Source: Planctomycetota bacterium (lineage in GTDB: Bacteria; Planctomycetota; UBA8742; UBA2392). Taken from it: a DNA stretch of 64,000 nucleotides. Shown here one piece after another: positions 1 to 9,645 of the stretch (position 1 is the first letter of the stretch; the number at the start of each line of letters is the position of its first letter). The stretch spans positions 130,427 through 194,426 of the forward strand of contig JABARW010000019.1 of NCBI GenBank assembly GCA_019186845.1, given 5' to 3'. Both the position numbers and the translations under genes were made by a program. The notes beneath the pieces are model-generated. The model saw only the letters and a list, made by a program, of their open reading frames with translations. It did no database searches and had not been told where the DNA came from.

Positions 1-779
1 TTTTCGGCCTGCTGCGTCATACGGGTGTCGGTGAACTTGAAGAAGTTCTGAACGCCGAAGAAGTCGTCGGTGGTGATTTCCTCGTAGGGGTGCTTGTGGC
101 ACTGGGCGCACTGGATCTGCTTGCCCAGGAAGACCTTGCTGGTGATGCCGGTCAGCGCGGGCCGGTCGTTCTCGAAGCTGATGATGTAGCCGATGGCCTT
201 GTTGTTCTCGCTGGAGCCGCTGGCGGTAACGAGGTCATAGACCAGTTTGTCGAAGGGGCGGTTCTGGGCGAACTGGCCCTGGAGCCACTCCTGCAGCATG
301 TTGCGATAGGTCGCGTTGGCCTCCCGGCCGATCAGCGTGATGGCCCAGGTGCGCGCCCAGGACTCCGCGTATTCGGGGCTGGCCAGCAGGGCCTCGATCA
401 ACTTCTCGCGGCGCTGATGGGACTTGAGGCGGGCGAACTCCTGACCCTCGGGCGTGGTGAGGTCTGGAATCAGCCAGGTCTTCACTTCCTCGCGCGAGGG
501 AATCCGGCCCAGGATGTCGAGGTAGGCGCGACGAATGAACTCGGCGTCCGTGCAGCGTTCGGCCAGGGGCATCTTCGCGGCCTTGCGCTTGGCGCGCAGG
601 GTTTCATCGAGGAAGTCCCTAGCCCGGGTCCAGTCCTTGCCCATGGCCTCAGTTTCGGCGCGGGTCTCGGACTTCCTTTGGGCCTGCAGCGGCTCTTCGC
701 CCTCCAGGGCGAGGACACCGCATAAGGCAGTGAGCGTCAGCAGGGCAAAGGCGACGACGCTGCGGCCGGAAGGTGACAT
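1..779 (-). CDS. DUF1549/planctomycete-cytochrome-like (PSCyt/PSD-type) protein, N-terminal part; 3' end runs off the window
   Basis: Hand translation of the minus strand from ATG 779..777 gives a signal peptide (MSPSGRSVVAFALLTLTALCG...), then 'AEFIRRAYLDILGRIPSREEV' and 'VFLGKQIQCAQCHKHPYE', the hallmark DUF1549 motifs. The plus ORF 90..725 is its antisense shadow. Confidence 0.6.
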   Translation of the reverse strand, partial: MSPSGRSVVAFALLTLTALCGVLALEGEEPLQAQRKSETRAETEAMGKDWTRARDFLDETLRAKRKAAKMPLAERCTDAEFIRRAYLDILGRIPSREEVKTWLIPDLTTPEGQEFARLKSHQRREKLIEALLASPEYAESWARTWAITLIGREANATYRNMLQEWLQGQFAQNRPFDKLVYDLVTASGSSENNKAIGYIISFENDRPALTGITSKVFLGKQIQCAQCHKHPYEEITTDDFFGVQNFFKFTDTRMTQQAE

Positions 780-1002
780 GCTGCCTCCATAAGGCTGGTA
801 TAATTCGCGTGAAGCGTGACAGGGTCGATTCTAGGCCGGTTCCAGGGGAGAGTCACCGGATTCTTCAGGTTTCAAGCATCATCCCTTTATGGGTGGCTTG
901 TCATTTCTCGCCCTTACAGAAATTCGGCAGGGAAAGGTACACCCTTGCCGCGTAAGCTTTTGCGGCGCGCGGGCACAGAGCGAGCAAAGACAGGGGAATA
1001 CC

Positions 1003-3078
1003 TTGACGACAAAATGGGTCCGGCTCTTCGCGCTGCTGTTATGCCTCCTGCTGGGCGCTCAGGCCGCCGTGGCCGACGCCAAGGCCCTGAAGGATCGTCT
1101 CAAGGACATCAAAAAGGCCTGGCCCAAGGCGCCCAAGAGTGAGCGCCTGGAATGGCTGACTGAACTCGGGCTAGAGAGCGAGCGCACGGTCGATGATTTC
1201 CTGCTGGAACTCGTGGAGAAAGAGGCCGATTTCGATACCGCCGGCGAGGCGGCCAAGGCCCTCGTGGCCCACAAACTCGCGAAAGACGGAAAGGACCTGC
1301 TCAAGCTCTACAACCGCTGCAAAGAGCCCCAGCGCCGCGCCGCCTGTGTGCGCTGGCTGGGCGGCTACGGCGTTGAAGCGCCTTTGCGCGAGCTCAAGGA
1401 CGTCGCCCTGACAGACGACGGCTCGGCGCCCGCGGCCGCCCTGGCGCTGATTGACGCCGGAGGCCCGGAAGCACTCAAGCAGCTCGACACCGTGTCCCAG
1501 ATTTCAAAGAGCACTGACGCCCGGCGCCTGGCCGTGGGCGGACTTCTCAAATATGGAGACCGGCGCGGCATCGACGGCCTGTCAAAGCTGGCGGGGATTG
1601 AGGATGCCAGCTTTGCCGCCCACTATGCGGTGGGCGGTGCGCTGGAAACAGACGCTCTGAGCGAAGTGCTGAAGTTCGCCAAGAAGCGAGTGAACCTGGG
1701 CGTGGGAGTTCGGCCGCACCTGTTTGGCAGCCTGTTGTCGAGGTTGACGCGCAAGGAATCGCATCAGGCTGTTTTCGAGGCCCGCGACGCCATCGACAAA
1801 AGCGTGGACATGGAGCTTTTCTCGTGGCTGTTCAGCTATTGCGCGTGGGGCGTTGACGTCAAGCTGGTGTTGAGCGCCCTGGGGCGCAGCGAACCTGACG
1901 AGATTCTGCTGGGCCTGCGCTGGTTGCAGCGCGCGCCCAAAGCGTTGGAGGGCGATGATCTGGCCAAGACGGCCCTGGCGCTCTCGCCCCTGTTGGCATC
2001 AGACAACGACAAGCTCGCGGGTCACGCCCTGCTGGCGGCGGCGGCGGCCGGCATCACGGGCGAGGCATTCAAGGGGCGCCTGAATGCGTGGCTGGCCGAC
2101 AAGGAGAAGCCGCAGCGTCGCTCGGCCGCCCTGCTGGCAGCCGCGAAGTCCCAATTGCCGGAATGTAAGCAGGCTGCCCTGGAACTGATTGCCGACGACT
2201 GCTGGTACGTGGCCAGCGCCGCTCTGGAGTATGTGCTGGCCCTGCGCCTGCCTGAAGGCGCGTCCCTGGCCTTTGCCCTGGCCAGGCGTCAGGGCGATGG
2301 CCGCCTTTTCCACGAGGCCATTGCGCTGCTGGTGGACCTGACGGGAGTGGACTTCGGCGACGACTTGGCCAAATGGGAGCAATGGTTCTCGGCCAACCCA
2401 GACTTCAAACCCGCCGAGGGCAAACTGGGAACCCTGCGGGGCGCAAGGGCTGCCCGCACCTCCAAGAAGACTCGCGCCCGCTTCTACGGCCTCGAGATCG
2501 ACAGTGAAAACGTGGAGTTTGCCATCGATCGCAGCATCTCCATGATTGATCCCGTCGCGCGCGAGCCCAGGCGTCCCGACTTCAAGGCCCGAAAGGCTGA
2601 CGTGCTCAAGCGCCGCGCTGAGGTCAACCGGCTGGTGCGCGACGGCTTTCTGCCGCGCTTTCATGTGGCGGCCTGCGAAGTCGCGGCGGCCCTGGACGGC
2701 ATGAACGAGAAAGCGAAGTTCGGCCTCACACTGTTCAATACGGAGAGTGTGATGATGGGGGACAAGCGGATGGTCAATGACCCGGAGTCCCGCCGCAACG
2801 CTCTAAGCTGGCTGCTTTCGAGTGAAATCAAGGGCGGCACGGACATCAAGGCGGCGCTGTGCGCGCTGTGCGAACGGGGCGAGGCCGACACTGTTCTGGT
2901 GCTGACGGACGGCGACCCGCTGAGTCTGGCGCTGATCGAGCAGATCCAGCGCAGCAACGCCTTCACCCGCGTGAACATCGAGGTCGTCAGTCTGCACGCC
3001 AAAGAGCACTGGCGTTTCTATCTGGACACCGTGGCGCGGCTGAACGCGGGACGGCTGGTCGAGGCCGAGCCGAGGTAG
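1003..3078 (+). CDS. Secreted HEAT-repeat protein with C-terminal von Willebrand factor A (VWA) domain
   Basis: In-frame TTG at 1003 precedes a signal-peptide-like 'KWVRLFALLLCLLLGAQAAVADA'. Ala/Leu-rich HEAT-like repeats follow. The C-terminus reads 'FAIDRSISMIDP...LTLFNTES...GGTDIKAAL...VLVLTDGDP', a VWA fold with a DxSxS MIDAS motif. Confidence 0.6.
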   Translation: MTTKWVRLFALLLCLLLGAQAAVADAKALKDRLKDIKKAWPKAPKSERLEWLTELGLESERTVDDFLLELVEKEADFDTAGEAAKALVAHKLAKDGKDLLKLYNRCKEPQRRAACVRWLGGYGVEAPLRELKDVALTDDGSAPAAALALIDAGGPEALKQLDTVSQISKSTDARRLAVGGLLKYGDRRGIDGLSKLAGIEDASFAAHYAVGGALETDALSEVLKFAKKRVNLGVGVRPHLFGSLLSRLTRKESHQAVFEARDAIDKSVDMELFSWLFSYCAWGVDVKLVLSALGRSEPDEILLGLRWLQRAPKALEGDDLAKTALALSPLLASDNDKLAGHALLAAAAAGITGEAFKGRLNAWLADKEKPQRRSAALLAAAKSQLPECKQAALELIADDCWYVASAALEYVLALRLPEGASLAFALARRQGDGRLFHEAIALLVDLTGVDFGDDLAKWEQWFSANPDFKPAEGKLGTLRGARAARTSKKTRARFYGLEIDSENVEFAIDRSISMIDPVAREPRRPDFKARKADVLKRRAEVNRLVRDGFLPRFHVAACEVAAALDGMNEKAKFGLTLFNTESVMMGDKRMVNDPESRRNALSWLLSSEIKGGTDIKAALCALCERGEADTVLVLTDGDPLSLALIEQIQRSNAFTRVNIEVVSLHAKEHWRFYLDTVARLNAGRLVEAEPR

Positions 3079-3116
3079 GTGCCCGGCAGCCCGCCGGCGT
3101 TGAGTCGACTAAGAAA

Positions 3117-3150
3117 GGCGGGACGGCCGTGAGGGCCGCCCCGCCGTTTT
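3117..3150. terminator. Putative bidirectional intrinsic terminator between convergent genes
   Basis: GGCGGGACGGCC-GUGAG-GGCCGCCCCGCC inverted repeat followed by GUUUUG, lying between the stop at 3078 (+) and the stop at 3185 (-). Confidence 0.4.
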
Positions 3151-3184
3151 GTCGCGGTCGCGAAGACCGCACCGATCACTGACG

Positions 3185-5962
3185 CTAGGCGGCGCGCAGG
3201 GCGTGCCTTTCTTCCTCGTCGCGTGAGGGCAGGGCGAGTTTCCTGCCGAAGCTGCGCTGGCCCTGGGGGCTGTCGGGCGAACCGTCACCGTCGTCACCCT
3301 CGTCATCGCGGACGCGGGCGCCGGAGGTGTCCTTGCCGACGTTCTTGGCCTCGAGGTCGAGCGTGAACTTGACGAACTCTTCGTCCAGCTTATCCCAGTC
3401 CTTGTCGCTGCTGATGGCGAACAATTTCTTGAAGTGGTCGATGAAGGGCTTGGGGTCGAAGGACTTCTTGTCAATCTCGCCGGCGTAGTCCGCCTTGACG
3501 TAGTCGAGCCACTTGTCGCGATACTTGTGCCGGCCGCTTTCCTTGTAGTGATAGAGGAAGGTGCTGGCCTGGCAGGAGGCGGCGTAGAAGACGGCCACAA
3601 AGAAGTTCTGGTCCACACGAAGGTTGAGCTTGAGTTCGCGCATGCGCTCAAAGCCAACCTGGGCGCACTGGCCGTAATTCATGCAGCGCAGCATGTCCTG
3701 TATGCGGAACAGGTTCTTCTTGCCCGTGTATTTTTCATAAACCAGCTTCCAGTTGTTGAGGCGGATGAAGTTGGTCTGCATGAACTTGTATTCGGCTTTC
3801 TCGGTGTCGTCAGACTTCACAAAGCCGGCCACGGAGTCTGTCAGCCCTTCCTGGATCATGACGTTGAAGTAGCGGGGGCGGGTTTCCCTGGGGCGCCATT
3901 GGCGGTTGACACGGTCCCAGTCCAGAGGGTTGGCGGCGTAATGGTCTGACAGCATGTGGAAGGTCTCGTGCATCAGAGTGGATTCGTTGGACCAATCCTC
4001 TTCGTTGCCCGCCACTGCATTGGGGTCATCCCAGGTCACGATGTGGCGCAGGGGCAGATAATAGTGGGCACGGGCGCCAGGCATGCCGCCGCCCATGAAA
4101 TCCTCCAAGAACTGCTGGTAGGTCTGGCCGTCCTTGAGCACGAGGATTTCAAGGGCCCAGCCCTCAGCCTCGGCAAGCTGCCCGGGGGTATCGAACTTGC
4201 GGCCCTTGAGCTCGGATTTGCGGCTGACGGTAGGACCTTCCGTGGGCACCGTGCGCTGGAGGTTGAAGGGCTTGACCAGGTTTTCCTGGAACCAGTTTAC
4301 GAGCTGGCGCAGCATGTTGGCCTTGACGGCGAAGCTGCGCTCGAGGTCCGCCACGTCGCGTCCCGGTGCCTTCTCCACCAGCACGAGGAAGGGGTTCCAG
4401 TAGGTGTAACCCCAGACCTCTTCGAACTCTTCGGTGCCGCGCCCCAGGGCGTCGGGCGAGAACATGGCCTTCTTCATGCCCTTCAAATTGGCCTGCTTGA
4501 AGCGCAGAAAGGCCTCGCGCGCGTTGATGGCAAAACCGTCCTTGGCGTGACGCGCCTTGAGGGCTTCGCCCGCTTCGCGGCACTTGGCCTCGTAGCCCTT
4601 GATCTCTTCGAGCTGCTGGGGGTTGAAGTAATCGTCACCACCGACGTCGTTCTGGATGTCCCGCAGGCGCTTGGCCCAATCGCCCCACTCCTTGAGGGCC
4701 CAGGCCTGGTAGTCGTCGAACTCCGGGGGTTGCTCGTACTTGCGGTAGCCCAGGATCTCGCAAATCTGCATGTAGGCTTCGCTGGGCACCTTGAACTCGC
4801 GTTCGACTCCGTTTTCAACCTTGCGCACCACGCGATAGCGGTCCATTAGCGTGCGGGCCTTTTCGAGCAGGGCGGTCACCTGGTAGCCGTCGTTGTGCAG
4901 CATGAGGGCGACTTCCGTGACCTCGCGCTTGTTGCTCGACCCCGTCACGCGCTTTTCCAGCAGCGCCTGGAACTGGTTCTGGTAGCTCTTGAACTTGTCC
5001 TTGAACTTGCCTTCGGCCTTGGCCTTATCGCGGGCCTGCACGTAGCGGTTCTTGATGTCTTCCGACTGGAGGCCGATTTCATTCTTGAGGTCGGTGTCGA
5101 ACTGGGCCAGCAGCTTTTCGTCTTCGCTCAGGCCGGGGGTCTTGGCCCCGTCTGACGCGCTCTGGCCGTCCTTGCCTCCGCCTCCGCCGGACGGTCCCTG
5201 GGTCTTGCCCGAGTTGCCGATGATGACGCCGACGATGATGATTACGACAAGCACGCCGCCGCCGATACCGAGATAGAGCGGCATGGGGTTCTTCTTCTTC
5301 GCGCCCGGCTGGCCGGGCACGGGGGCGGGACGGCCGCCCGGAACGGGACGGCCCTGGCCTCGCGCGGGTGGCGGTGGGACACGCGAGGGATGGGGCCGGG
5401 TGCCCACACCCGTGGGCGGGTGCGAAATCACGGTCTCTTCCTTGCGCAGGACGGAGTCGCCGCCCTTCATGTCGACATCAAAGTTTGCCGTGGGCTTCTT
5501 GGGGCCGGGCTTGGGCACCGGTGCCGTGGCCTTCTTGACCACGGGGGCCGCGCGCTCAGACGAGCTTGCATCCTCGATGTCCGACCGGCGGATGGTGCGG
5601 GTCCCGCCGATGATGGTCGGGTTGGCCACCTGCGGCACGGGCACCATGATGGAGGCGCCGCACTTCTTGCAGGTGGTGGACTTGCCCGCATGCTGCTGGG
5701 GCACGCTGTACTTCGTGCCGCATGCCGGGCACGGGAAAACTATGGGTTCCATCGGTGGCTCCTTCGCCCCGGCCTTGGCCGGTCCTGCCTTGCGCTGTGG
5801 TTCAACATCGTAGGACTTCTGTCCCGAAACAAAAGGCGGCGCATCTCCACCCGCCGCCAATGCCGCGGCCTTGGCCGACGCCCGTGCCATGATTGCGGCG
5901 TCGAGGCTGGGTGGCGGCTGCGGCGGCCGCAGGTGATTCAGAAATGCGTCGTCTTGCGTCAT
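3185..5962 (-). CDS. Putative membrane anti-sigma factor: N-terminal zinc ribbon, Pro-rich linker, one TM helix, large periplasmic domain with HExxH motif
   Basis: Sits 7 nt downstream of the ECF sigma gene on the same strand. Carries 'CPACGTKYSV...CKKCG' (CxxC...CxxC), a TM 'LYLGIGGGVLVVIIIVGVIIG', and about 670 aa of extracytoplasmic sequence including 'LMHETFHMLSDHY' (HExxH). Confidence 0.55.
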   Translation of the reverse strand: MTQDDAFLNHLRPPQPPPSLDAAIMARASAKAAALAAGGDAPPFVSGQKSYDVEPQRKAGPAKAGAKEPPMEPIVFPCPACGTKYSVPQQHAGKSTTCKKCGASIMVPVPQVANPTIIGGTRTIRRSDIEDASSSERAAPVVKKATAPVPKPGPKKPTANFDVDMKGGDSVLRKEETVISHPPTGVGTRPHPSRVPPPPARGQGRPVPGGRPAPVPGQPGAKKKNPMPLYLGIGGGVLVVIIIVGVIIGNSGKTQGPSGGGGGKDGQSASDGAKTPGLSEDEKLLAQFDTDLKNEIGLQSEDIKNRYVQARDKAKAEGKFKDKFKSYQNQFQALLEKRVTGSSNKREVTEVALMLHNDGYQVTALLEKARTLMDRYRVVRKVENGVEREFKVPSEAYMQICEILGYRKYEQPPEFDDYQAWALKEWGDWAKRLRDIQNDVGGDDYFNPQQLEEIKGYEAKCREAGEALKARHAKDGFAINAREAFLRFKQANLKGMKKAMFSPDALGRGTEEFEEVWGYTYWNPFLVLVEKAPGRDVADLERSFAVKANMLRQLVNWFQENLVKPFNLQRTVPTEGPTVSRKSELKGRKFDTPGQLAEAEGWALEILVLKDGQTYQQFLEDFMGGGMPGARAHYYLPLRHIVTWDDPNAVAGNEEDWSNESTLMHETFHMLSDHYAANPLDWDRVNRQWRPRETRPRYFNVMIQEGLTDSVAGFVKSDDTEKAEYKFMQTNFIRLNNWKLVYEKYTGKKNLFRIQDMLRCMNYGQCAQVGFERMRELKLNLRVDQNFFVAVFYAASCQASTFLYHYKESGRHKYRDKWLDYVKADYAGEIDKKSFDPKPFIDHFKKLFAISSDKDWDKLDEEFVKFTLDLEAKNVGKDTSGARVRDDEGDDGDGSPDSPQGQRSFGRKLALPSRDEEERHALRAA

Positions 5963-5969
5963 GGTTGCT

Positions 5970-6506
5970 CTAGCGGGCGCTCAGGGCGGCCCTGAGTTTC
6001 TCCAGGGCCAGTCTGTGCCGCGACATCACGGTCTTGGCCGGCGCGCCCGTCAACTCTGCCATTTCTTCAAACGTAAACGCGCCGTAAAGCCTCAATAAAA
6101 CTGTTTCGCGCTGCTCCTCCGGAAGCTCCGCCAGGGCCTCATTGAGCCTTGCCGCTTCCTCCGCGCCGGCCACGGGGTCTGCCGGAAGCACCAGCGCTTC
6201 CTGCTTCCCTTGATGCTCCAGGGCCTTCTGCTCACTCTTGCGCCGGCGGGCGTCGTCAATCACCCGGTTGCGCAGGACCGTGTAAAGATAGGCGCCCAGC
6301 CTCGTGTCCGGCGGCAATTTTTCCACGCGCTCGATGAACTTGATCCATACATCCTGGGTGACGTCCTGGGCCTGTGCCGCGCTGCCGCACAGGCTCAGGG
6401 CATAACCATAGAGGCCGGCCTTGAAGCGCTCATAGATCTGCGTGAACGCCTCGAGGTCGCCCCGCTGATAACGGGCCAGCAACTCGGCTTCCGAAACATC
6501 CGTCAT
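5970..6506 (-). CDS. ECF (sigma-70 family) RNA polymerase sigma factor
   Basis: ATG at 6506..6504 gives 'MTDVSEAELLARYQRGDLEAFTQIYERF...'. Region 2 reads 'DVTQDVWIKF'; region 4 reads 'LPEEQRETVLLRLYGAFTFEEMAELTGAPAKTVMSRHRLALEKLR'. Length 178 aa. Confidence 0.85.
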   Translation of the reverse strand: MTDVSEAELLARYQRGDLEAFTQIYERFKAGLYGYALSLCGSAAQAQDVTQDVWIKFIERVEKLPPDTRLGAYLYTVLRNRVIDDARRRKSEQKALEHQGKQEALVLPADPVAGAEEAARLNEALAELPEEQRETVLLRLYGAFTFEEMAELTGAPAKTVMSRHRLALEKLRAALSAR

Positions 6507-6812
6507 CGGGGCGATCACCACACTGAATTGAACGAAGCAGCCACCCGCATTCCTCACTTGGAATTCAGGGAACACCTGGAAATGTGCAAGACCCCCGGGC
6601 GGCCCCACGCCAAATATCGGCCCCGGACAGGGTTGCTTGCCGCCCGCGAACTCCAAAGCGCACAATTTGCCTATGAAACCACCGCGAAGGGAACTTGTCG
6701 CAGGGAAAAAGCCCTTACCCAAAGCAGGTCGTTGCCAGGGTCCGGTGGAGGGCGTTTGCAGCGGAAGCAAAAGGATTGGGGGCTGCTGAACAGTGATGTC
6801 TTCTGCAGCCTT

Positions 6813-7544
6813 CTATTCCACCAGGGCCAGGCTGACCGTGATGTTGTCGCTGCCCCCGGCTGCGTTGGCCGCCGCCACCAGGTCCTTCGTGGCGGCCTCA
6901 AGCTCCTTGCCGTGCTTGACAAGGATGGACTTGATCTGCTCGTCGGGCACGAGGTCCGTCAGGCCGTCGCTGCAAAGCAGGAACAGGTCACCGGCCTTGA
7001 CCTTCTCCCACTTGACGTCTACTTCCACGGCGGGCTCCATGCCCAGGGCCCGCGTGATAATGTTCTTGAGCGGGTGCGAGCGGGCATCCTCAGCGGAAAT
7101 CAGGTTCTTCTTGCGCAGTTCGCCCACCCAGGAATGGTCTTCCGTGATCTGGCTCAGCTCGCCTTCGCGCATGCGGTAAATGCGGCTGTCGCCCACATTG
7201 GCAAACACGACGTAATCCCCGGAAATCACCACGGCAACAATGGTCGTGCCCATGTTCCGTAGCGCGGCATCGGAGTTGCCCCGCCGGTAGATTTCCTTGT
7301 TGGCGTTCTTGATGGACTTTGTGAGGAGTTCGGCGTCTTTGCGCTCGTTTGAGCTGCCATTGCGCGACTTGAAGGCCTGCTGAAGCGTCTCAATGGCAAT
7401 GTGGGAGGCGATTTCGCCGCCCAAATGGCCGCCCATGCCGTCGGCCACAGCGCAAAAGCAGGATTCCTCGATGACGATCGAAGCGTCCTCGTTGTTCTTG
7501 CGCTGCATCCCTACATCTGTGGCGGCGGCAAATCTTACGACCAT
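6813..7544 (-). CDS. PP2C-family Ser/Thr protein phosphatase
   Basis: 'MVVRFAAATDVGMQRKNNEDA...AVADGMGGHLGGEIAS...GGSDNITV' is the canonical Stp1/PrpC-like motif set. The alternative upstream start is at 7580. Confidence 0.8.
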   Translation of the reverse strand: MVVRFAAATDVGMQRKNNEDASIVIEESCFCAVADGMGGHLGGEIASHIAIETLQQAFKSRNGSSNERKDAELLTKSIKNANKEIYRRGNSDAALRNMGTTIVAVVISGDYVVFANVGDSRIYRMREGELSQITEDHSWVGELRKKNLISAEDARSHPLKNIITRALGMEPAVEVDVKWEKVKAGDLFLLCSDGLTDLVPDEQIKSILVKHGKELEAATKDLVAAANAAGGSDNITVSLALVE

Positions 7545-7794
7545 GACGCCGTCCTTGTGCCCCACATCAGTGTCCGGCATGGAGGGTAGTCCAGGCTAAA
7601 CGCACAGAAACACACGCCTCACAACTTCAGGTAGTCCGGTAACGTACCCGCTTGGGGAAAGACTGTCAATTGTCGTGCGCAAAGTAACGCTGCTTCAGCA
7701 CTTGGATTACCGGACCCTGCCCAAGCTCGGCCCGCCGACTGTTCCTGGGTGTCTCTTGTCCCCGCTTTGGCGGTCAGTCGCGCGGCGCCCGAAT

Positions 7795-8547
7795 TCAGGC
7801 CATGCGGTCTTCGTCCAGCTTGAAGCGTTCGCCCAGGTACTCGCGACGCACGATGGCGTCATCAGCAATTTCGCGCGGTGCCCCCTCCTTGATGACCTGT
7901 CCCTCGACAATGATGTAGCTCTTGTCGGTCATCGGAAGGACTTCCCGCACGTTGTGGTCCGTCAACAGGATGGCCATGCCGCGTTGTACCAGGCCCGAAA
8001 CGAGCCCGCGCAGGTCTTCAACGGCGATGGGGTCTACACCGGCAAAGGGCTCATCCAGCAGGATGACCTTGGGCTCGTTGATCAGAGTGCGGGCGATTTC
8101 CAGCCGGCGACGCTCTCCGCCGCTGCAACGGCCGGCAAGGTTACCCCGCACGCGGGCGAGGCCGAAGTCGGCCAGCAGTTCTTCCAGCCGTCGCGTGCGC
8201 TCAGGGCCCTTGAAGCGGCTACTCTCGATCACGATGCGCAGGTTGTCCTCGACGCTGAGCTTGGCGAAGATAGTGGGCTCCTGGGCCAGATAGCCCAGGC
8301 CCAGCCTGGCGCGCCTATGCATGGGCAGGGCCGTTACGTTGCGGCCGTCCAGCTCCACCTCGCCGCCATCCACCGGCAGCAGGCCCGCCAGCATCTTGAA
8401 GGTCGTGCTCTTGCCGGCGCCGTTTCGGCCCAGCAGGCCCACAATCTGGCCCGGCATCACGCTGACGGAAATGCCGCGGACGACGCTGCGGCTGCCAAAG
8501 CGTTTGGTCAGGCGGTCGCCACGGAGCACGGGAGTCAAGTCGGTCAC
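7795..8547 (-). CDS. lptB: LPS export ABC transporter ATP-binding protein LptB
   Basis: Walker A 'GRNGAGKSTTF', signature 'CSGGERRRLEIAR', Walker B 'ILLDEPFAGVDP' and the LptB-typical C-terminal 'REYLGERF'. Length 250 aa. Confidence 0.85.
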   Translation of the reverse strand: MTDLTPVLRGDRLTKRFGSRSVVRGISVSVMPGQIVGLLGRNGAGKSTTFKMLAGLLPVDGGEVELDGRNVTALPMHRRARLGLGYLAQEPTIFAKLSVEDNLRIVIESSRFKGPERTRRLEELLADFGLARVRGNLAGRCSGGERRRLEIARTLINEPKVILLDEPFAGVDPIAVEDLRGLVSGLVQRGMAILLTDHNVREVLPMTDKSYIIVEGQVIKEGAPREIADDAIVRREYLGERFKLDEDRMA

Positions 8548-8591
8548 GCCTGTGTTTTAGCGTTGCGGCCGGTGAAGCAAAAGCGGCTGGG

Positions 8592-9590
8592 CTATCGAGC
8601 GCGAATCAACCGGGCGTCATCAAGGCCCAGCCGGCAGCGCAGGTCAGCGGTATCCTGCAGGAAGCGGCGGCCGTCCTGGTAGTAGCCCGCCGTGCGCTTC
8701 AGGCCGGGCTGGCGCGCGACGAACCAGTTATTGAACAGATGCATCATGGCTTCGCGCAGGTACTTTGCGGCCATGCTGGCAAGGGCCACAGGCAGGTGGT
8801 CGTTGTCGCCTTCTTCGACAAAGGCAATGAACAGGCGCGGCTCGTTGCGCTCGCCCGGCACCACCAGCTCGTAACTCGATATCTTGGGTGATTCCACGAA
8901 TGCCGAAACGTCGGCCTCGGGGAACTGACCCTTGAGCGCGCGCCCGTATTTCTCACGGCCGCCCTGACGGTCACAAACCACGGCCAGGTGCCGGTGCCGA
9001 CTCCAGAGTTCTCCCACGACTCGGCCCACGACTTCGAACTCGGCCCTCGATTTGTTGTCGGTGCGGCCGATGAGCCGGTTGAGTTCGCCCTCGAATACGG
9101 GCACAGCCCCCAGCTCGCGCAGGGCCAGGCCCCCTTGCGCCAAGGCCCGCGACAGGGCCTCGGCGCGCAGCGCGGCACGCTCGGGGCCGGCCTCCAGCGG
9201 GAAGGGAGCCAGAGTTGCAGCGTACCAGTCGTAGGCGCCGCGTTTCTCTCGAGCCAGCGAGCAGAAGGAGGCATAGAAATTTTCGAAGCTAGACAGGTTG
9301 AAGCCGTGCAGGCAGGCCCAGCTGAGGAGTTCTTCTTCGAGGGGCTTGAGACCCTTGGAGGGGCTGTAAATCTGTTTGGAGTCACAGACGACGGGCCGCT
9401 GCTTGCGCTCGCCAGGCTTGCGGCCGATGGCTCCGCCCGTGCGCTGCCAGAGGTTTTCGGCAAGCAGCGCGTCGGCACTCAGGGGCTGAGGCAGGGCAAT
9501 GGCGGCGTAGCCCAGGGTAAGGGGGCCCAGGATGGGGCCGAGCCCGGCTTCATCGATGCCGGCAATGACCTGATAGTGGGCCTGCGCCAT
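8592..9590 (-). CDS. RNase HII-like protein, atypically long with a variant active-site motif
   Basis: ATG at 9590 gives 'MAQAHYQVIAGIDEAGLGPILGPL' (RNase HII has DEAGRGP). It also has 'CDSKQI' (DSK motif) and 'VALASMAAKYLRE' (SIIAK-like). Length 333 aa. Confidence 0.5.
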   Translation of the reverse strand: MAQAHYQVIAGIDEAGLGPILGPLTLGYAAIALPQPLSADALLAENLWQRTGGAIGRKPGERKQRPVVCDSKQIYSPSKGLKPLEEELLSWACLHGFNLSSFENFYASFCSLAREKRGAYDWYAATLAPFPLEAGPERAALRAEALSRALAQGGLALRELGAVPVFEGELNRLIGRTDNKSRAEFEVVGRVVGELWSRHRHLAVVCDRQGGREKYGRALKGQFPEADVSAFVESPKISSYELVVPGERNEPRLFIAFVEEGDNDHLPVALASMAAKYLREAMMHLFNNWFVARQPGLKRTAGYYQDGRRFLQDTADLRCRLGLDDARLIRAR

Positions 9591-9645
9591 GGCGAAATTG
9601 TGTCGCGCCCGCCCCGTGCGGCAACTGAAAACAACCACAAGGGAT

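Noticed and set aside
90-725. 211-aa plus-strand ORF at the window start
   Set aside because: It is antisense to a well-supported DUF1549-type minus-strand gene. Its translation is a low-complexity Gly/Ala/Leu-rich shadow typical of high-GC DNA.
7675-8682. 335-aa plus ORF overlapping lptB
   Set aside because: It is opposite a textbook LptB sequence (Walker A/B, ABC signature, YLGERF) and is therefore an antisense artefact.
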